From Chthoniobacteraceae bacterium (GTDB lineage: Bacteria; Verrucomicrobiota; Verrucomicrobiia; Chthoniobacterales; Chthoniobacteraceae): a stretch of 64,000 nt of DNA. The notes under the pieces were generated by a model, which saw only the letters and a program-made list of their open reading frames with translations, was not told where the DNA came from and ran no database searches. Position 1 is the stretch's first letter; each line of letters starts with the position of its first letter. Location: the NCBI GenBank assembly GCA_031409335.1, contig JANNWY010000214.1:53233-117232 (forward strand), given 5' to 3'. Shown in pieces: positions 58,309 to 64,000 of this stretch. The position numbers and the translations under genes were made by a program.

Positions 58309-61050
58309 ATGACCTTCACACGACTCAAAAAAAACAAATCCGCCGCACCGATACCGGGCAAGGCAAGGCTGCGCGTGACAGGGATTCTCTCGTGGATCGC
58401 ACTTGGCGGCTTGCTCCACTTCGGTGCCGTCGCGGAGGTGATTGTTCCCGGCGTGGCTTCCAGTCAGCTCGATCCGGCGATGAAGGGATTGGTGCTGATT
58501 GAAGAGTTGAATTGCGCGGCTTGTCACTCGGGCGATGCGGGGTTTGCTGCGCGCTCGAAGAAAGCACCGCGACTTGCCAACATCGGGGCGCGTGCGAATC
58601 CGGGATGGGTGGAGGCGTTCATCGCCAATCCGCATGGGACCAAGCCCGGCACGACGATGCCGGATTTGCTCGGGCACTTGGGCGCGGAGGAAAAGCAACG
58701 GACGGCGACGGCGCTCACGCACTTTTTGCTGTCGCTGAAAAAGAACGACTTTGCGTTACAGCCGCCGGATGCTGTGGCGGCGGGGCTGGGGAAGACGTTG
58801 TTTCATTCACGCGGATGCGCGGCGTGTCACTCGCCTCGCGATGAAAAGGGCGCGGAGCTGCTGCCGAAAAACTCCGTTCCGCTCGGTGCGTTGGAGAAAA
58901 AATACAGCTTCAAGAGTCTCGTGGATTTCCTGCGCCAGCCGCACGCGAGCCGGCCTTCGGGACGGATGCCCGATATGCAGCTCGCTGCAAAAGACGTGGA
59001 GCGCATCGCTCATTTTCTCCTGAAAAATACGCGGGTGCCGGGCGCGCTCGGCTACACGTTTTATCGCGGGGATGTGTGGGAGGGTTTGGAGAGTGAGGCG
59101 GTGACTGCGGAGCGAAGCGGGCATGTGAGCGACTTTGCGCTGGAGAGCCTCGGCATGGGCAAACTCCCGCATCACACAGCGATCAAATACGACGGCTGGG
59201 TGAACATCGCGGACGCGGGGCGGCACACGTTTTTCCTGACGATGAATGGCGGCTCGCTGCTCGTGGACGGGAAGCAAATCATCCAGCAAGAGCCGAGCGA
59301 CCGGCGCGGGGTGAAGGAGCTGGAAGGCTCGGCGGAACTCGCGACGGGCTGGCGCAAAATCCAGCTCACGTATTTTCACACGGGGCGTGAGGCGAAGTTT
59401 TCGTGCGAGCTGGAAGGGCCGCAGCTCAAGCGGGGACCGATTCCGTCGGCGCGGCTTTCGATTTCCGACGAGCCTATCGCGCCCTTCGAGCCGCTCAAGG
59501 TCGATGCGGAATTCGCCGCTCGTGGACGGGAGCAATTTGGCAAACTCGGCTGCGCGAATTGCCACGACGATCTCAAGGTTCCCGCGACGCCCGGACTCGC
59601 GTGGGCGAAGCTCGACGCCACTCGCGGCTGCCTCAGCGAAGCCGCCGGAGCGTGGCCACGCTTCGGCGTAAATGCGGAGCAACGCACGCTCATCGCGAAG
59701 GCGCTGCCCATCGCGGAGAAGCCGCAGCTCGACGACAAACAGCAGCTCGCAAAGACGCTCGTCACTTTCAACTGCATCGCGTGTCACGAACGCACGGGCC
59801 TCGGCGGAATCGCGCCGGAACGCAACGCGCTCTTCACCGGCACGCAGCCTGCGCTGGGCGACCAAGGGCGCATCGCTCCGCCGCTCTCGCACGTCGGCGC
59901 AAAGCTGACGCCCGAGTGGATCGCCGAAGTGCTGCTGCGCGGAAAACGGCAGCGCGATTATGTGGATGCCGCGATGCCGCAATTTGGCGATGCGAACGTG
60001 GGGCATCTCGTGGAGCTGTTTGGCAAAGTGGATGAACTGGAGCCGGTCGTCGTCCCGAAGGTCGCGAACATTTTGGAATCGAAAAACGCGGGCTACGAAA
60101 TGATCGGCACCAACGGCCTGAGCTGCATCGCGTGCCATGAATTCAACGGTCAAAAATCCGGCGAGATGAGTGCGCTCGACATCGGGCGCTCGACCGAGCG
60201 GCTGAAGAAAAACTGGTTCGCGCTCTACATGCGCCAGCCGTCGCGCTTTCACCCGACGGTCATCATGCCGAGCTTCTGGCCCGACGGACAATCCACGCGC
60301 CCAGCCATCCTCGGCGGCGACACCGCGCAGCAAATCGAGGCGCTTTGGAGCTATCTCGAAGACGGTCCTCGCGCAAAGAAACCGGCGGGGCTTTCCAGGC
60401 AGTCGAACGAACTGCGCGTGGGCGACACCACCGAGATTTGCCGGGGGCAAAGTCCCGTCGGTTATCGCGGCATCGGCGTCGGCTATCCCGAGCGCATCAA
60501 CCTCGCATTCGACTCGGGCGAAATGGCGCTGCGTCAGCTATGGAAAGGCGACTTCGCCAGCGTGGAACTGGGCCGTTTTCGCCCGCGCGGGACAGACGCG
60601 ATTTCCTTCCCGCCCGGCATCCCATTTCACCGCCTGACATCGCTGGAGGACAACTGGCCCTACAAAGGAAAAACCAACCACGCCTTCCCGCAGGACCACG
60701 GCTACCAGTTCCGCGGCTACACGCTCGACGCCGCGCGCAGGCCGACTTTTCGCTACCAATACGGCGACATCGCGGTGGAGGATTTCTTCGAGGATGTGCA
60801 GGGCAAAGCATACTTCAAACGCACGCTCCGTTTCGACACGCCCACCGCGCAAACCCCGTTCTATTTCCGCGCCGCTGCGGGAGGAAAAATCACCGCACCC
60901 GCCGAGCGCACCTTCACCGCCGACAAGCTGCAACTCCGCATCACCAGCGACCACAAAGGCATCGTCCGCGAAGGCGAAAACGGCGACGTGCTCATCCCGC
61001 TCACGCTGCCCAAAGGCCGCTCCACACTCACTCTCGAATACCAATGGTGA
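58309..61050 (+). CDS. Multiheme c-type cytochrome with a PA14-like insert
   Basis: Five CxxCH motifs (CAACH x2, CANCH, CIACH x2); beta-rich PA14-like segment. Start uncertain. Confidence 0.85.
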   Translation: MTFTRLKKNKSAAPIPGKARLRVTGILSWIALGGLLHFGAVAEVIVPGVASSQLDPAMKGLVLIEELNCAACHSGDAGFAARSKKAPRLANIGARANPGWVEAFIANPHGTKPGTTMPDLLGHLGAEEKQRTATALTHFLLSLKKNDFALQPPDAVAAGLGKTLFHSRGCAACHSPRDEKGAELLPKNSVPLGALEKKYSFKSLVDFLRQPHASRPSGRMPDMQLAAKDVERIAHFLLKNTRVPGALGYTFYRGDVWEGLESEAVTAERSGHVSDFALESLGMGKLPHHTAIKYDGWVNIADAGRHTFFLTMNGGSLLVDGKQIIQQEPSDRRGVKELEGSAELATGWRKIQLTYFHTGREAKFSCELEGPQLKRGPIPSARLSISDEPIAPFEPLKVDAEFAARGREQFGKLGCANCHDDLKVPATPGLAWAKLDATRGCLSEAAGAWPRFGVNAEQRTLIAKALPIAEKPQLDDKQQLAKTLVTFNCIACHERTGLGGIAPERNALFTGTQPALGDQGRIAPPLSHVGAKLTPEWIAEVLLRGKRQRDYVDAAMPQFGDANVGHLVELFGKVDELEPVVVPKVANILESKNAGYEMIGTNGLSCIACHEFNGQKSGEMSALDIGRSTERLKKNWFALYMRQPSRFHPTVIMPSFWPDGQSTRPAILGGDTAQQIEALWSYLEDGPRAKKPAGLSRQSNELRVGDTTEICRGQSPVGYRGIGVGYPERINLAFDSGEMALRQLWKGDFASVELGRFRPRGTDAISFPPGIPFHRLTSLEDNWPYKGKTNHAFPQDHGYQFRGYTLDAARRPTFRYQYGDIAVEDFFEDVQGKAYFKRTLRFDTPTAQTPFYFRAAAGGKITAPAERTFTADKLQLRITSDHKGIVREGENGDVLIPLTLPKGRSTLTLEYQW

Positions 61051-62528
61051 ACGCACGCGCCATCTTTCTCCTCGCCCTCGCAACACAGCTTCACGCCGCC
61101 GAAGACCTCGGCGAGATGTGGGGCACGGCTGCGGAGGAGGCGAAGTATTATCCCATCGTCAATATCCCGATCCCGTCCACCGTGCCGATGCGTCCCGGCG
61201 GGCTGGAGAGTCTGCCGGATGGACGCCTCGCCGTCGGCACTCGGCGCGGCGACATCTACTTTATAAAGGGCGCGTTTGATTCGCCGCCGAAGCCTGAGTT
61301 TCACCTCTTCGCCAGCGGGCAGGACGAAATCTTTTCCCTCTCGTGGCGCGACGGCGCGATGACCGCCATCACCTTTGGTGAAGCCACGCGCATCTCCGAC
61401 ACCGATGGCGATGAAGTCGCCGACCGCTACGACACGCTCACGAGCAATTGGGGCTACGCCGAAGGGCACGAATTTGCCTTTGGCTCGAAGCCCGATCCCG
61501 AGGGAAACATCTGGGTCGCGCTGGGCCTCAGCGCTTCGTATGAATCGCACAATCTCTTCCGTGGTTGGGCGGTGAAAGTGACGCCGGACGGCAAGATGAT
61601 CCCCGTGTGCAGCGGCCTGCGCAGCCCCGGCGGAGTCGGCGCGAACGCGGAGGGCGCGATGTTTGCCATCGAGAGCCAAGGCCCGTGGAATGGCTGCTGT
61701 TCGCTGAAACACCTCAAGCCCGGCGCGTTCCTCGGCCACCCCGCGAGCTACAACTGGTATCCCTTCGTCCCCGGCATGAAAGCGCCCGCGCTGACACCGG
61801 CGAGCGGCTCGCGCATGGGCGTGGAAAAGCAGCGCGTGAAAGAACTCGTCCCGCCCGCCGTGAAGTTTCCCTACATCAAAATGGGACGCTCCATTTCCGG
61901 CTTCCGGCTTAACAATACCAGCGGAAAATTCGGCCCTTTCGACGGCCAGCTTTTCCTCGGCGATTACACGCAAAGCATCATCATGCGCGCGACGACCGAG
62001 CAGGTGAACGGCGTCTGGCAAGGCGCGTGTTACCCATTCCGCGAGGGCCTCGCCACCGGCATCATGAATGTGGAGTTTTCGCCGAAGGGCCAGCTCATCG
62101 CAGGCGGCTTCACGACGAACCGGCAGTGGCCCGTCCGAGGCACCGAGCCGTTCGCCCTCCAGCGCATTGATTGGAACGGCGTCGTCCCCTTCGAGGTCAA
62201 AGAAATCAACATCCGCAAAGACGGCTTCCTCCTCACCTTCACGAAGCCCGTGGACCGCAAAACCGCCGCCGTGCCTGCAAACTACAGCATCACCAGCTAC
62301 ACCCACATCTACCACGGCGCATACGGCAGCCCCGAGGTGGATCAGACCACGCCGCAAGTTCTGTCCGCCGAGCCATCGAGCGACGGCCTCACCGTCCTGC
62401 TCCGCCTCGACAAACTCACCGAAGACCACATCCACGACTTCGACTTCAGCGGAGTCCTCGCGCAAGACGGCCAGCCGCTCTTGCACAAAAAGGCATACTA
62501 CACCGTGAACGAAATCCCGAATAACTAA
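61044..62528 (+). CDS. Secreted beta-propeller protein (glucose/sorbosone dehydrogenase-like, PVC family)
   Basis: Signal peptide MVNARAIFLLAL; LPDGRLAVGTRRG, DTDGD, CSGLRSPGG, FGPFDGQLF; overlaps the upstream stop codon. Confidence 0.75.
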   Translation: MVNARAIFLLALATQLHAAEDLGEMWGTAAEEAKYYPIVNIPIPSTVPMRPGGLESLPDGRLAVGTRRGDIYFIKGAFDSPPKPEFHLFASGQDEIFSLSWRDGAMTAITFGEATRISDTDGDEVADRYDTLTSNWGYAEGHEFAFGSKPDPEGNIWVALGLSASYESHNLFRGWAVKVTPDGKMIPVCSGLRSPGGVGANAEGAMFAIESQGPWNGCCSLKHLKPGAFLGHPASYNWYPFVPGMKAPALTPASGSRMGVEKQRVKELVPPAVKFPYIKMGRSISGFRLNNTSGKFGPFDGQLFLGDYTQSIIMRATTEQVNGVWQGACYPFREGLATGIMNVEFSPKGQLIAGGFTTNRQWPVRGTEPFALQRIDWNGVVPFEVKEINIRKDGFLLTFTKPVDRKTAAVPANYSITSYTHIYHGAYGSPEVDQTTPQVLSAEPSSDGLTVLLRLDKLTEDHIHDFDFSGVLAQDGQPLLHKKAYYTVNEIPNN

Positions 62529-62538
62529 GCCGCAATTT

Positions 62539-63567
62539 ATGCACCTATCACTCCGCCGTTTCCTCTACTCCATCGCTCTCATCTTATCCTGCGCCTCGCT
62601 CCGCGCTGACGACAGCCCGCTATGGCTCACGTATCCCGGTAGCGATGGGCCGGGCAAAGGGAAGCGCGTCATTTTGATCGCGGCGGACCAGGAATATCGC
62701 AGCGAACAAGCCATGCCGATGATGGCGAAGATTCTCAGCACGCATCACGGCTTTGATTGCACGGTGCTTTTTGCCGTGGACGAAAAGGGCGAGGTGGACC
62801 CGACGATGCCGGTGTATCCCGAGAAAGGCCAAAAACTCCGGGAGCATCACATCCCCGGCCTGGAGCAGCTCGCGGCGGCGGACCTCGTGGTCTTTTTCCC
62901 CCGCCTGCTCACGCTGCCGATGCCGGAGCGCGAACTCATCGTGAAGTATGTGGATTCCGGCAAACCGTTCATCGCGCTACGCACGGCAAACCACGGGTTT
63001 CACGCATCGCTGCCTTACAAGATCAACGGCAAGCAAGTGCGCTGGGGCGAGGATATTTTGGGCGGCGCGTTCATGGGGCATCATGGGCGCTATCACGCCG
63101 ACTCGACTCGCGGGGACATCGTGCCGGAGCAAAAGGATCATCCCATCCTCGCTGGCGTGCGCGACATCTGGGGCGACTCGGATGTTTATCGCACTTACAA
63201 AGAAGGCACGAGCTTGCCCGAGGGCTGCACCGCGCTGGTATGGGGACAACCGCTCATGGGGCGAAAGCAAACCGATGCGACGAATCCGAAACTGGAGCCG
63301 CTGCCAGTCGCGTGGTTCAAAAACTGGCAGACGAGCGAGGGTAAATTGGCGCGCGTTTTCCAATCCACAATGGGCAGCGGAACCGACCTGCAAAACCCCG
63401 GCCTGCGTCGGCTGATCATCAACGCCGCGTATTGGGGAATGGGCATGGAATCAGCCATCACCGCGACCCGCAGCGTGGACATCGTCGGCACCTACGCGCC
63501 GCTGGAGAGCGGCTTTGACTACAAAAAGATCGGCGTCGTGGCGAAGCCGGTGTCGGCCTACAAATAG
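62539..63567 (+). CDS. ThuA-like (class I glutamine amidotransferase fold) secreted protein
   Basis: Signal peptide; DQEYRSE, LRTANHGF, HPILAGV, PVAW, RVFQSTMG, RRLIINAAYW. Confidence 0.75.
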   Translation: MHLSLRRFLYSIALILSCASLRADDSPLWLTYPGSDGPGKGKRVILIAADQEYRSEQAMPMMAKILSTHHGFDCTVLFAVDEKGEVDPTMPVYPEKGQKLREHHIPGLEQLAAADLVVFFPRLLTLPMPERELIVKYVDSGKPFIALRTANHGFHASLPYKINGKQVRWGEDILGGAFMGHHGRYHADSTRGDIVPEQKDHPILAGVRDIWGDSDVYRTYKEGTSLPEGCTALVWGQPLMGRKQTDATNPKLEPLPVAWFKNWQTSEGKLARVFQSTMGSGTDLQNPGLRRLIINAAYWGMGMESAITATRSVDIVGTYAPLESGFDYKKIGVVAKPVSAYK

Positions 63568-63581
63568 CCGCGCCTCAAATC

Positions 63582-64000
63582 ATGAAAACCATTCTCGTCT
63601 CATTTCTCGCCCTGCTGTGCGGCCACGCCTTCGCGGCTGAAAAACCGCCCATTCCCACCGCCCACACCACCCGCAATATCGAAGGCTGGAACGTCCGCAT
63701 TGACGACCGCTTGCTCAAAGGCGACGGCGTCGCAGCCGGCGAACGCGCGTTGAAATTGCTCAGCGCCCGGCTCGTCGCGATCACCATCGTCGTGCCGGAA
63801 AAGGCGCTGGCGAAACTCCGCGCCATCACCATCGAACTTGACCTCGATTACGGCGGTCTAAAGAACATGCAGTATCACCCCGACGCCGGCTGGCTGAAGG
63901 CGCACGGCTACAGCGAGGCGCTCGCAAAGTGCGTTCACATTCCCGAAGCGGATGACTTTCTCTCGCCGTTTGAAAACCACCGGATGCCGTGGGTCGTGCT
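63582..64000 (+). CDS. Exported protein, probable zinc metallopeptidase (truncated by the window end)
   Basis: Signal peptide MKTILVSFLALLCGHAFA; IEGWNVRID, QYHPDAGWL; ends PWVV, where HExxH would be expected next but is not visible. Confidence 0.55.
   Translation, partial: MKTILVSFLALLCGHAFAAEKPPIPTAHTTRNIEGWNVRIDDRLLKGDGVAAGERALKLLSARLVAITIVVPEKALAKLRAITIELDLDYGGLKNMQYHPDAGWLKAHGYSEALAKCVHIPEADDFLSPFENHRMPWVV

Noticed and set aside
1..64000. CRISPR array, diversity-generating retroelement or shufflon as the explanation for the repeats
   Set aside because: No regularly spaced repeats, cas genes or reverse transcriptase seen; repeat copies are co-oriented and the differences are not adenine-specific.

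Overview
GC-rich bacterial DNA. The gene families point to Verrucomicrobia/PVC (PEP-CTERM and autotransporter-repeat surface proteins, PVC-type cytochromes, GntR-LacI hybrid regulator); the taxon is an inference. In order along the window: (1) a metzincin-CHAT protease fusion gene coupled to an SGNH hydrolase; (2) mdh; (3) a minus-strand sugar/sugar-acid cluster with an embedded DUF433/DUF5615 toxin-antitoxin pair; (4) a PAS hybrid kinase; (5) tRNA-Pro(GGG) followed by an atypical tyrosine integrase, an excisionase-like gene and three XRE paralogs; (6) five large surface proteins, three with PEP-CTERM and two with a shared C-terminal domain; (7) a peptide transporter, Xaa-Pro aminopeptidase and DPP-IV operon; (8) a PAS-AraC regulator divergent from a hydroxyproline-catabolism-like operon interleaved with PVC cytochrome genes. 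The most notable signal is non-coding. The araC/dehydratase divergent intergenic module (about 53770-53930) recurs as decayed copies at about 17146-17370, 30440-30601, 43370-43445 and 48690-48880, and partially at 27293-27372. The five full copies keep the core GGCRTGC-N8-GCC(A/T)AGAC, and most copies sit directly upstream of surface-protein or peptidase genes. This suggests a regulon built by repeated promoter-module duplication. All alignments and family calls were made by eye, with no database searches.
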